NCBI GenBank assembly: GCA_949292335.1 | Contig: CASEYY010000015.1 | Span: 11,981 to 75,980, forward strand | Length of the DNA stretch: 64,000 bases | Source: an uncultured Pseudomonadota bacterium | GTDB taxonomy: Bacteria > Pseudomonadota > Alphaproteobacteria > RF32 > CAG-239 | Direction of reading: 5' to 3' | Shown here: positions 36,103-45,894 of the stretch, one piece after another | How the letters are laid out: the number at the start of each line of letters is the position of its first letter | Position numbering within the stretch: the first letter of the stretch is position 1 | Made by a program: the position numbers and the translations under genes | The notes under the pieces: generated by a model | What the model was told of the DNA's origin: nothing | The model's input: only the letters and a program-made list of their open reading frames with translations | Databases searched by the model: none

Positions 36103-37263
36103 ATGAACAAGCATATAAAAACACTCGCAATACTGGCTTGCATAATTTATTCGCACTCATCCTATGCCGTTATCCCTACGGCAGATATTCCCGGCACCAT
36201 TCAGGCGGCCACCGAGGTTAGCAACACCATTAACAATGTAAAGGAGAGTATTGCACAAGTAACGCAATACCAAAAGACCATGGCGGCCATAGGGACAGCC
36301 AAAAAAAGTGTTTCGGAATTTATAAGCAACCAAAAAGAAAAATTGCAAAAGAAACTTGGTAAAATAGCGGAGTATAAGAAAAAAGCCGAGGAATACAAAG
36401 CTATTGCTCTTTCCTATAAGGAGGAAGCGGAAGAGCGAGTTGCATACTACAAAGGCTTGGCCGAAGATACGATAGAAACGGCCAAAGAATATAAGGCAAT
36501 GGCCGAAGAGGGTATTGAAACGGTTAAAGATGTAAGCAATACGGTTGTTGATACGGTTGAAAATGCCGATGAAATAGTATCCGGAGTAAGTTCCAATATT
36601 GAAAATCAGGTTAACGGAGCCGTTGATTCCATGCAAAGTAACTTTGCCGTAGATGATGATCTACTCGGTACGGGCAACAATGCTCAAGAAGCCACCCCCT
36701 CTCCGACCCGCACCGGTTTCCAGAGCTCATTTTTAACTCCGCAAAGCATTAAAACAAGCTATCCTTTAGCCTTTGCCAGTATATTAAAGATTGATGCATT
36801 TAAGGGTGGCACCACGCCAGACAAAGTATTGATAGTTCCCGACAGCATATCTGCCTACTGTAACTTAAATTATGAGAATGCAACGGAAGAAGGAGAGTTT
36901 GATAAATGTTTAACCCAAATCAACCAAAAACTTAATACGGAAGTAGCCGATGAGGTCGACAGACAAGAAAAATCAACTTTACAAACAGACCTGATGAACA
37001 GTTATGTCGAATATGTTACGGCTTCCTTTCTGGAGGCTTTTGCCATATACAACGAAAGCCTGACTTTCAAAAACAACATGGTAGATCCGGTAACCACTTC
37101 CAATATGGAGACCGTTGATGCAGTTTGGTCATACACCAAGGAAATGAACCGCATTATCGGTACGCGATACAATGCCTTGCGTCGCCTGTGGGCTCGTCAA
37201 CTTGGTGTAAAATCCTACAACTCATATCTCTACGCCGATTTATCGCCAGAAAATGAAAAATAG
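36103..37263 (+). CDS. Secreted coiled-coil protein, tentatively VirB5-like
   Basis: Signal peptide, then VIPTADIPGTIQAATEVSNTINNVKESIAQVTQYQKTMAAIG, which resembles the VirB5/TraC N-terminal pattern (IPV.D....Q...Q). It sits right after virB4. Confidence 0.4.
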   Translation: MNKHIKTLAILACIIYSHSSYAVIPTADIPGTIQAATEVSNTINNVKESIAQVTQYQKTMAAIGTAKKSVSEFISNQKEKLQKKLGKIAEYKKKAEEYKAIALSYKEEAEERVAYYKGLAEDTIETAKEYKAMAEEGIETVKDVSNTVVDTVENADEIVSGVSSNIENQVNGAVDSMQSNFAVDDDLLGTGNNAQEATPSPTRTGFQSSFLTPQSIKTSYPLAFASILKIDAFKGGTTPDKVLIVPDSISAYCNLNYENATEEGEFDKCLTQINQKLNTEVADEVDRQEKSTLQTDLMNSYVEYVTASFLEAFAIYNESLTFKNNMVDPVTTSNMETVDAVWSYTKEMNRIIGTRYNALRRLWARQLGVKSYNSYLYADLSPENEK

Positions 37264-37272
37264 GAGGAATAA

Positions 37273-37836
37273 ATGCTAAAACATCTGAAATACCTGCTTT
37301 TTTTCGGCTTTCTTTTAGGTTCTTTTGCCGCCGCCGCGGCAATATCCGATAATGGTCGCGATGCCAACGGCAATTTGATAGTATCAGAGGTTTTGGCCAA
37401 AAGATGCGGCCTAAGCTCGAGTAATCCGATTATTACCACCGACTGTATTACGAGGCTTGCATATGACTATAAGACAGGTATCATAACCGATTATGCTTCG
37501 TACGCCAAAGAACGTTCGGCCATATTGCACGATTATGTCGGAGAGTATATATATAAATCCGTCAGATCCATGGTTTCATCGGGAGAATATGAAGACCACA
37601 TAGATGAGCTGATAGGGGAAAATCCTCTCGAAACGGTAAGTCTGGACAATGACAGCCGTGAAAAGATGGAAGCAAACAACAAGATATCATCGGATAATTC
37701 GTCAGTATTTTTGGAAGCAATAGATTTGCGAGCCTCCGGTATAAATTTTAACAATATAAACAATGTATTGAATATATTGGTTCCGTTGGTTGATGTTAAT
37801 ACCGATAACACGGATTTGGCCATGCCGCCGTCATAA
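37273..37836 (+). CDS. Small secreted protein, unknown function
   Basis: 187 aa with a signal peptide (LLFFGFLLGSFAAAAA). Its stop overlaps the next start (TAATG). Confidence 0.5.
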   Translation: MLKHLKYLLFFGFLLGSFAAAAAISDNGRDANGNLIVSEVLAKRCGLSSSNPIITTDCITRLAYDYKTGIITDYASYAKERSAILHDYVGEYIYKSVRSMVSSGEYEDHIDELIGENPLETVSLDNDSREKMEANNKISSDNSSVFLEAIDLRASGINFNNINNVLNILVPLVDVNTDNTDLAMPPS

Positions 37837-39044
37837 TGTCAAGAGAGGATGCTATGAGAATTTTGTTGACATTGCTGGTATCAATAATTTTGCTCCTGTC
37901 GGGGCGGCCAAGTTTTGCCGGAACCGATTTGCTTTCGAACGCTTTGACGCAGAGCAACAGTTTTCTCAAACAAGCAGGATTGGTTCAAAAAAAGTATTCC
38001 GGTATAGCACGTAAAATTTTAACGACCAAAGTAAGCCTAAGTCTTGATAACATTAATCTCGGGCGTTTGGAGAAATATAAGGAAAAAGCAGAGGTTGCAC
38101 GAGAAAAAGCCGCCAGAGTTGAAGATTATCTGGAAACAGCCAAAGAACGCAAAGAAGAATTAGTGGAGAAGTATAATCGTTTAAATGCCAAAGCATTGGA
38201 ATATAAGGCTATGGCAGACGCGGCAATAGCGGAAGGCAACGAGATAAGAGATATGTACCGCAGTTATAAATCTGAGGTTGAGGACATAATAGACACCGGT
38301 AAAGAAGTCGCGGATACCGTAAAAGAAGCGATAGGCGAAGATGAAAATGAAATCAAAAGAGCCGAACCGGCCGGAGGAGATACGGCGGTTGCGGAGCCGG
38401 CAGAAACAGAAGCGGATGCTGTCGGAACGGAAGAATCGGAAGCCATTGGGGCTGATGAGGCGGAGGCACAAGTGGCCATAGGAGCAGAGACCTCAATAGT
38501 TTCGCGAGCGGCAGCTATGCAAAAGGTAAACAATGAGAGCAAAGCAACCTTTATGCCGGCTCAAAGAGTCGAGAGGATAAACACCGTCACGCGAATGAAT
38601 GAAGCAACAGCGGCAAGCTCGCAAGCCGCAGCAGCGGTTGCAGATGATGTTTCGGCAATCAGTACCGTCCGACCGATTATCGGGAATAAAGCCGAGGCGA
38701 TAACTTCAGCGGCGGTTTTGGCACAAGATACTACACGAACCGAACAAATTGCGGTACCCACGCAATTTAAAAGTATTGAGCAAGGGGCATCACTGGTTTC
38801 GCTGACAGATGTCATGAAAGCCGCGGCCGAGAATAAAGCAACACCGAAGAAAGCAGTTGAGGCTAAAAGCCAGGTCAGCATTCAACAGCAACTAAGCCGC
38901 AACAGCGGGGCAAAATCAGGAGCTGCCAATGGTCAAATAACTTCTGAGGGGCTCGTTTTGACGCCATCTGTTAAAGCCAAAAAAATACCGGAAAATAATA
39001 TTGTTGGGCCGGCACAACGGTTGGAGAAAGCAAATGTTAGGTAA
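37836..39044 (+). CDS. Secreted coiled-coil/Ala-rich protein, paralog of the 36103 product
   Basis: Signal peptide. ALEYKAMADAAIAEGNE...VADTVKEAIGEDENE parallels AKEYKAMAEEGIE...VVDTVENADE in the 36103 protein. Confidence 0.5.
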   Translation: MSREDAMRILLTLLVSIILLLSGRPSFAGTDLLSNALTQSNSFLKQAGLVQKKYSGIARKILTTKVSLSLDNINLGRLEKYKEKAEVAREKAARVEDYLETAKERKEELVEKYNRLNAKALEYKAMADAAIAEGNEIRDMYRSYKSEVEDIIDTGKEVADTVKEAIGEDENEIKRAEPAGGDTAVAEPAETEADAVGTEESEAIGADEAEAQVAIGAETSIVSRAAAMQKVNNESKATFMPAQRVERINTVTRMNEATAASSQAAAAVADDVSAISTVRPIIGNKAEAITSAAVLAQDTTRTEQIAVPTQFKSIEQGASLVSLTDVMKAAAENKATPKKAVEAKSQVSIQQQLSRNSGAKSGAANGQITSEGLVLTPSVKAKKIPENNIVGPAQRLEKANVR

Positions 39045-39576
39045 AATAATTAACATTATGGTGATTATGACAGCTATGCTTATAAGTAGTTCTGTGGCGA
39101 GCTACGCAAAATCTCAGGTAAAAGGGGATCCTGAGCTTTTGTGGCTGTCGCCGCTCGGAGATTCTGATATTGAAGACAACAGCTACTATCGTTGCCGACT
39201 TGCCAGATTGATAAATCCCGGTAGTGGTCAATCAACCACGGCCACGCAAAACAAGTATGATGTGATGTCCAATTATGTTTCCAACCTCTATGCTCAATCC
39301 ATAAAAATTTCGGCATACATAGAGAAAGAAGAAAAAAAAGCATCTTCTTCATCTACCGGTACCGACAATGAAATAGCAATTCTTGAAAAAGAAATAGTCC
39401 AAAGGATGGCCGACATATCTCGTCGTTTGAACATAATTAATTCATTTGAAGCCGGCATAGTCATGCTTGATGCTTTGGATGAGTTAGACAGTCTGCCTGC
39501 CGGTACATATTCATCATTTCGGGCCTTATCAGATGGAAGATATGAATATGTCACAGATTGTGAAGTGCTAAAGTAA
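39034..39576 (+). CDS. Small secreted protein, unknown function
   Basis: Start taken at ATG 39034, with GGAGAAAG upstream. Signal peptide MLGKIINIMVIMTAMLISSSVASYA. About 180 aa. Weak resemblance to the 37273 product. Confidence 0.5.
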   Translation: MLGKIINIMVIMTAMLISSSVASYAKSQVKGDPELLWLSPLGDSDIEDNSYYRCRLARLINPGSGQSTTATQNKYDVMSNYVSNLYAQSIKISAYIEKEEKKASSSSTGTDNEIAILEKEIVQRMADISRRLNIINSFEAGIVMLDALDELDSLPAGTYSSFRALSDGRYEYVTDCEVLK

Positions 39577-39589
39577 TGGAGTAAAAAAT

Positions 39590-40963
39590 ATGAAAATGCA
39601 AATAAGAAACATTATTTTATCGCTTGCACTCCTGATAGTTTGTATCAGCGGAGATGCTTACGCACAAGACATATTCAAGCTGGATATAAGTAAGACCGGT
39701 GGCAAATTTGCCGATTGGGTGCAAAAACAGCAAGAAAACTACCAAACGGTAATGGAGCAAATAAGTGAATCACAGTTTGCCACTTTTATCGGCGATGGGA
39801 TAAAGGCCGCTAAAGAAGGAATCAAATATGCACAAGACACCTATAACAAGGCACTCAATACCTATAATAAAGTCAAAGGGGCGGTTGTAAATTCTCCGGA
39901 ATACAAGATTGCGATGTTATCCAAAGAAATTGCCCAAGAGGGGATTAATTTAAAAGATATAGAAAAACAGAAAGAGCAGGCTCTTTCAGATTTAAAATCT
40001 AATGCTGAGCTGGAACGCAAAGTTCTGGAAGAAAAGATAAAGCAAGCCCAAGATAATTTTGAAACCAGTGTTGCCATCTACGAACAGGAACTGGCAAATG
40101 CGGCAGATGAAGATAAAAAGGCTTCGATACAGTTGGAGATTGTTGCATTTAGGCAAGATAATGAAGAGGCAATAAGTGCCTTCAATTCAGAGCGGGCAGA
40201 TATAGAAGACAATCTGACAGCCGAAATGCAAATGATAGAAGAAGAATATAAAGCAAAGATAGAAAATCAAAGGCAAAAGATTACCGACTTAACGATGTCT
40301 CTTGCCAAATTGACAACAGATAGCTATGTTGATGTCGAAATGATGTCGCCAGCAGAAGAAATATCCAAGTCCATGGAGGAATTTTCTTTTAAGAAAGGAT
40401 CAGATATTAGCGAAAATGATCGTTTCAAGAAGCAAGAGGCCAAAGAAAAATCCCGCTATGATGCGGTTTTGGAAGCGGCATCGGCATCCACCACGGCGAT
40501 AAGTGCCACAACCGATACGCAAGAAGAACAAGAAAATATATCAGCCACCTCGGAAACGGTTAATGGAAAATCCGAGACGGTACAATTTGCCATCAAAGAA
40601 ATTGTCAACCAAATGAAAACTCTGCAAACTTACCTGCTTTTGGAGCTTAAGGCAATCGAAGCCGAAACCATTGTTATTATTGCGAGCAATAATACACCGG
40701 TTGATGAGACAATATCATCGGTTGATGTTTGTGCCTACGACACCAGTGAGGATGAAAGTGAAGCAGAAGCAGAAACAGAAACAGAAACAGAAACAGTAGA
40801 AGATACAGTTGCCAAAATAAAAAGTACTACCGAAGATGTTCAAGATAAAGTTGAAGGAGCTCAAAACAAAATTGAGGAAGGAAAAGAGATAGTCGAGCAG
40901 GTTCAAGATGTAGGTTCTGATTTGGGCGGATCTCTTGGTGTTTCCGGTAGAATGATGTTATAG
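39590..40963 (+). CDS. Secreted acidic coiled-coil protein, unknown function
   Basis: 457 aa with a signal peptide (ISGDAYA|Q), K/E/Q-rich heptad-like sequence, and an (EA)(ET) microsatellite tract near the C-terminus. Confidence 0.5.
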   Translation: MKMQIRNIILSLALLIVCISGDAYAQDIFKLDISKTGGKFADWVQKQQENYQTVMEQISESQFATFIGDGIKAAKEGIKYAQDTYNKALNTYNKVKGAVVNSPEYKIAMLSKEIAQEGINLKDIEKQKEQALSDLKSNAELERKVLEEKIKQAQDNFETSVAIYEQELANAADEDKKASIQLEIVAFRQDNEEAISAFNSERADIEDNLTAEMQMIEEEYKAKIENQRQKITDLTMSLAKLTTDSYVDVEMMSPAEEISKSMEEFSFKKGSDISENDRFKKQEAKEKSRYDAVLEAASASTTAISATTDTQEEQENISATSETVNGKSETVQFAIKEIVNQMKTLQTYLLLELKAIEAETIVIIASNNTPVDETISSVDVCAYDTSEDESEAEAETETETETVEDTVAKIKSTTEDVQDKVEGAQNKIEEGKEIVEQVQDVGSDLGGSLGVSGRMML

Positions 40964-40973
40964 GAGAAAAGAG

Positions 40974-43900
40974 ATGAGAAAGCTGTTCGCATATTTACTG
41001 ATAATATTATTCTCTCTTGCTCCGAGAGGTGTTTATTCCCAAATGCCGTGGGATTTTGTATATCACGCGGCTCCGGTATCTATTACCCTTGATATACCGG
41101 AAGAAGTAACGCAAGTAGCCGGAAATTTGCAAAGCACCGTTAATCAAAGTCAGCAAATAATTTTGCAAGGTAAAGCAGATATCAGCAATTTGCAATCGGC
41201 TGCCACAACAACCTTTGATAATATAAAGAGCGGAGCCATATTAGAGGTTGACGGTGTCCCCGGACTGAGTAAGTCGACTTATTGCAACCGAGATATTAAT
41301 TATATGACCGTAAGAAAAATGGCCAGAGATATGAGAAAAGCTCTGATGACATATAAAAGCAAACAGGTAAATGATGTAAATGAAAAAATAGAACAACGCA
41401 ACAGTTTTTACATCAACAATATTTATGCAATATATGTTGCCTCAAAAATAATGCAACAAGATGTAGAAAAAGAGATAAAAGCCAGCATAGAATTGGCCAC
41501 ATCCTGTGCTGAAGGAGATGGGGAGTTATGCAAATATCCCAGTAGTAATAACGGTGGTAACAACGAGGTTTTGTTTACATACGGCAAGACTTTGGAAGCC
41601 TATGACAGCGTAGTCAGGATTTGGGAAAGTGTTGCCGCACTTAAAGCCAGACTAAAAGCCGTTCAGATGATGATGAAAATAGAACCGCAGGTTTTAGAAG
41701 ATAAGACTGATACAACCTCCGCCAATTATGATCGTAGAGGCAAGAGCAGAGATTATGCGTACTTAATCAGCCAAAGCTTCCCTCTGGCATTTGCACAAGT
41801 TTCTTACAATTCGGTTTCCGGCAGTTTGTCGGACATTGAAGCCGCGTCTGTGATGCAAAACAATGAATCTATGAGATTGGTAAAACAAACGGTTGAGTTT
41901 GTAGCTCCGGAGGAGGCAGATAATGAGCATCCTTTGGTCGCAGCAGAAGACAAGCTGGCTGCACTTGATGGTTTAAGTGCGGCCGAAACGGATGTTACCA
42001 CGGCAATGAATGTTCACAATATGGTCAGACAGGTAAAAGAGTATCGCAAAGCGGCAGAAGAACTGATAAAAATGCAGGATGACTATAATGAAAGCCTTCA
42101 AAGACTCAAACTTTCGGAACAATGTGCCATAAAATATCTCGGACATTATTTCAGTAATCCGGTAACCGTATGGTCAGGAGTTTCTTTGGGCGACAATGTC
42201 AATCGTCATGATTTACGCAAGGGGATATCGGCTTGGGCAATAGATGCATATGACACGGCCAAAGCCGCTGAAACCACCATGGTTGAGGCGGAAGATGTTC
42301 CGCAGATTTCATTAGACAGCGAAGAATTAACGGCGTTATCTGACGATCCGGATATGCAACAATCCGAAGAAGCCGGTCAAAATATAGATGTTTCGCTAAG
42401 TAAGAGTCAGCAAGAAACCTCGCAGGATGAAGGCCGCAAAAGCGATATGATGTCCTGGCAAATCGGAGCGGAAGCGGCTAAGATGTTGGCACAAGAGCCT
42501 AAAAAATGGGGAAATCCCAACAATAATAAGATGATATGGACCGATACCAAAAGCTTTTATGGACAATACCTGCAACGCAAATATGAAAATATTAAAGAAT
42601 ATTTGAAACAATATACCAAAGAGGATGTATTGGCAATAGTGGTATCTCGTTTGCAAGGTAAGAATCAAGATATCTCCGATACCAAATATCAGCAAAATAT
42701 ACGAAGCATTCAGCAAGAAGCGGCGGCCAAGGTTGCACAAAATCAAAAAGACAGTTCTGCCGCATTATCCCAATATAGCGGTTCGATGAAGTCGACGCTC
42801 GACTCTTTGGAAAAACAAAGAGAGGCTTTGGTTGCCAAAATGGACAGCGTCAATGCCAAAATATCAGCTTCCAGCAATGAGATTTCCGACATGAGAGCGG
42901 TGACCCAAGATACGGCGCTACAAGAGCTGGACAGCAAAGTTAATGCAAAGGTCGTATATCCTGATGCTGGTTCGACGGTAATTCCGACCTCCAATGAAAA
43001 AATAATCGGAACCGACGCCCTCAATAAGGCCGCTAAATCTAATATAACGGATAATACCGATGACAGTAAAATAAAGACCTTAAACAGCAGCATATCATCT
43101 AACAAAAAGATATTGTCCAAATACGAAGACGAGCTCGCTTCATTAGATGACAAGATAGCCGAAGCCAAATTGGCCATGCAGGAAAGTGCGGCCAACAGTA
43201 TGGATAAAAAAGCCGATGAGGTAGAAAAAATAAAGGCAAATGTTGCAACGGCAGTTGCAGAAAGCTCGGAGGATTATGCCAAAGATGTAAAAAAGAATTT
43301 AAAAGCAACACTAAAAGAAAAAGCCGAAGATAATCCGGCCATAGATCCTCTGATAACCCTGATGTCTGCCGAAGCAGCGGCCAAGCGATCGCTAAATGCT
43401 CTTTACGAACAGGTCGATATTGTAGTCGACGACAGCTACAACAAACTTATGGCTATGGGTGACAGTCTGTATTTGCCGTCATCGCATTCAAAAGTTGTAG
43501 CAATTCACAACGAAATGATTTCCAAGCTTAAAGCATTGACGCTTGCTTACAGTCTTTCTGGCATAATAGAGATAAAAAATGTTGCCGTTTATGCCAAGTT
43601 GTTGGCAACTGACAGCGGTACCGAAAGTGAAGGTTTCTTCGTAGGTGCAACGCCAAAGGCCAGAGATATGAAAGCTCCGTATGCCATTCCGGACTATTCA
43701 TTACCGCCGGTAAGAGAGGTTTTCCATTTTGACAGTACGGATTTTGGCGGAATTAAGCCAACCGGCAAAGGTCTTGAAAAAAGAAGTATCACCGCAGCCG
43801 AATTTTTGAACTATGGCGGGGAAGTACCGCAGATTTGGCAGGATATGTTAAAACAAAATGCCTTTATTGAAACCGATTTTAAGTTAAAAGATGCATTAGA

Positions 43901-44813
43901 CATAGGTTGCCACGACGAAGCATTTTCTCGCGGTGGTATAATGCCTTGTGTAGTTGATGGCTATCGCGAAGTATTAGATATCAATACCAGCGGCAACTAC
44001 CGATCTCGCAAAGATTTATCCAAGAGTTCATTGCCGCGTTGCATACAGGTTAAAGCAAAGAATGGCAAACTGTACCATAGTATGTACGATTCCAAAGTCG
44101 ATTTAGGGTTAAACACCAGCGGGGTAGAAAAACCCGGATGCGAATACAGCGAGCTTGGGATGATATTAGAAGCCGATAAAAAAAATAATCTTAAAATCAG
44201 AAAACGGCTGTATAATACCTATTCTGATTTGCTAGCCAACGAGGATAGTGCCAAACTGACCAATGCCAAGAAAAATAAGATATCGCTTGGTAACCATGCC
44301 TCTATTTCGCGTAACCAAATCGGAGACTTTTTGCGGCATGTTGAAAATGAAAAGCTTCAAAAAGAGAATTTGGAAGAATATCAGCAAAGATATGACAAGG
44401 ATATGGAAAATCTGGTTGCATCGCTTGAAGAATATGGGTTTTCTCCCACCAAAGATTTTGATTTAAGAAACGAAAGCGACTATAATCTTGCGGTAAATAA
44501 ACTAAAGGAGATTGAAAAACAAAAAATAGCCTCGGCGGCAGAGGTTATTTCGGCAACAGAAGAAGAAACGGAAGACAACGCTCCAGTTGAAGAGAAAATA
44601 AATAACTTAAAAACATTGATATATGTAATGGAGCAAGATAAAAATTATGTAATGAAAGTGTCTTCGGTAACGGCAGATATTGAAGACATAAATGCCGAGA
44701 TTAAGAAGGCCGAAGCAGATAACGCAGCTGTAGATAAGTATAAAAACAGTTTAAAAGAACAAGAGGGCGATTATACTGATCCTACCGAGCCCTACTGTGC
44801 AAATTATTGGTAA
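40974..44813 (+). CDS. Giant (1279 aa) secreted protein, unknown function
   Basis: Signal peptide (LIILFSLAPRGVYS|Q) and no further TM segments. It mixes helical and globular regions, and the C-terminus ends ...PYCANYW. Confidence 0.5.
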   Translation: MRKLFAYLLIILFSLAPRGVYSQMPWDFVYHAAPVSITLDIPEEVTQVAGNLQSTVNQSQQIILQGKADISNLQSAATTTFDNIKSGAILEVDGVPGLSKSTYCNRDINYMTVRKMARDMRKALMTYKSKQVNDVNEKIEQRNSFYINNIYAIYVASKIMQQDVEKEIKASIELATSCAEGDGELCKYPSSNNGGNNEVLFTYGKTLEAYDSVVRIWESVAALKARLKAVQMMMKIEPQVLEDKTDTTSANYDRRGKSRDYAYLISQSFPLAFAQVSYNSVSGSLSDIEAASVMQNNESMRLVKQTVEFVAPEEADNEHPLVAAEDKLAALDGLSAAETDVTTAMNVHNMVRQVKEYRKAAEELIKMQDDYNESLQRLKLSEQCAIKYLGHYFSNPVTVWSGVSLGDNVNRHDLRKGISAWAIDAYDTAKAAETTMVEAEDVPQISLDSEELTALSDDPDMQQSEEAGQNIDVSLSKSQQETSQDEGRKSDMMSWQIGAEAAKMLAQEPKKWGNPNNNKMIWTDTKSFYGQYLQRKYENIKEYLKQYTKEDVLAIVVSRLQGKNQDISDTKYQQNIRSIQQEAAAKVAQNQKDSSAALSQYSGSMKSTLDSLEKQREALVAKMDSVNAKISASSNEISDMRAVTQDTALQELDSKVNAKVVYPDAGSTVIPTSNEKIIGTDALNKAAKSNITDNTDDSKIKTLNSSISSNKKILSKYEDELASLDDKIAEAKLAMQESAANSMDKKADEVEKIKANVATAVAESSEDYAKDVKKNLKATLKEKAEDNPAIDPLITLMSAEAAAKRSLNALYEQVDIVVDDSYNKLMAMGDSLYLPSSHSKVVAIHNEMISKLKALTLAYSLSGIIEIKNVAVYAKLLATDSGTESEGFFVGATPKARDMKAPYAIPDYSLPPVREVFHFDSTDFGGIKPTGKGLEKRSITAAEFLNYGGEVPQIWQDMLKQNAFIETDFKLKDALDIGCHDEAFSRGGIMPCVVDGYREVLDINTSGNYRSRKDLSKSSLPRCIQVKAKNGKLYHSMYDSKVDLGLNTSGVEKPGCEYSELGMILEADKKNNLKIRKRLYNTYSDLLANEDSAKLTNAKKNKISLGNHASISRNQIGDFLRHVENEKLQKENLEEYQQRYDKDMENLVASLEEYGFSPTKDFDLRNESDYNLAVNKLKEIEKQKIASAAEVISATEEETEDNAPVEEKINNLKTLIYVMEQDKNYVMKVSSVTADIEDINAEIKKAEADNAAVDKYKNSLKEQEGDYTDPTEPYCANYW

Positions 44814-44828
44814 AAAGAGAGTAGATAG

Positions 44829-45584
44829 ATGGAAACCAGACAGCTTTCGGGCGGTACCAAGACCCTAGCAATAGAAGGCAACGCCAAAGCTCCGCAATAT
44901 ATAAATGAATTGGAAGAAGAGCAAAGTACTTTTCGCCAAGTGTATTACTTGTGGGTTTCGCGTTTTTTTATAGTTATAGCAACCATATCAATGATGTTTT
45001 TTGTTATGGCGTCACTAGCGTTATTCAGACTTGCTCCGATGGTTGAGGTTGAGCCTTTTTTACTGATAAACCAGAGTGAATCGGAAAATATTGTCAGGAA
45101 TGAGGCCGTTTCGCAAGATATGACCTCAAAAGACAAACTTCTTGAAATGTTTATCCGGCAATATGTAATTCTCCGCAACACCATAATTAACGATCCGGTT
45201 GAGATGCGTAGTCGCTGGATGGGAGGCGGAATGTTGAACTATCTTTCATCTCCAGAGGTCTATAATGAATTTGGTAATTCGACCAAGCAAGTTTGGGAGA
45301 ATATATTTAAGCAAACATTAGTAAGAGAAGTCGAAATTATTTCCGTTACCCGCCAAGGCGGAAAGAGATCGGCGGTGTGGAAGGTTGATTTTAAGACATA
45401 CGACCTTTACAATGAGCAAGGTAAAACACAAGCACAACAAGAGACTACCTTGCGTGTAAGATATTGGACCTCATCCATCACGGCGTATTTTATTCCCGAA
45501 AGAGCATTTGTGGCAACCCGTTTGATAAATCCGCTCGGCTTTACGGTAACCCGTTACTCTCAGACCGAAGTCGAAATATTCTAA
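44829..45584 (+). CDS. virB8: VirB8-like protein (copy a)
   Basis: Bitopic. The TM is followed by LAPMVEVEPFLL, then FIRQYVILRNT, and the C-terminus is INPLGFTVTRYSQTEVE. All three are typical VirB8 landmarks. Confidence 0.8.
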   Translation: METRQLSGGTKTLAIEGNAKAPQYINELEEEQSTFRQVYYLWVSRFFIVIATISMMFFVMASLALFRLAPMVEVEPFLLINQSESENIVRNEAVSQDMTSKDKLLEMFIRQYVILRNTIINDPVEMRSRWMGGGMLNYLSSPEVYNEFGNSTKQVWENIFKQTLVREVEIISVTRQGGKRSAVWKVDFKTYDLYNEQGKTQAQQETTLRVRYWTSSITAYFIPERAFVATRLINPLGFTVTRYSQTEVEIF

Positions 45585-45688
45585 TTTGTTGATAAGTATA
45601 CCTAAGCTGTTAGACATTTAAAATAAAACAGTATAACTTTATACTGTCTGCAGGACTAAATTGGTCCTGCCAAAAGGAAGGTGTATCT

Positions 45689-45877
45689 ATGAATAATCGA
45701 ATTAAGCTGTTGATATTGTTTGGTTTGCTAGCTCTCTCCGGCTGCTACGGGTCATACTATGAGCCGGAGCCGGTAGGTATCGGTACCGGTGCCGATGAAT
45801 TGAAATTATCGCCCTGTGCCTGTATGGAGATAGAACTGCCTAAAAACCTGCCGGATTGGTTTGTTGCAACAATTTAG
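45689..45877 (+). CDS. Small lipoprotein, VirB7-like by position
   Basis: 62 aa with lipobox LALSGC, located between two virB8 genes and upstream of virB9. Confidence 0.45.
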   Translation: MNNRIKLLILFGLLALSGCYGSYYEPEPVGIGTGADELKLSPCACMEIELPKNLPDWFVATI

Positions 45878-45894
45878 TTTAAGGGAGTTCCGAA

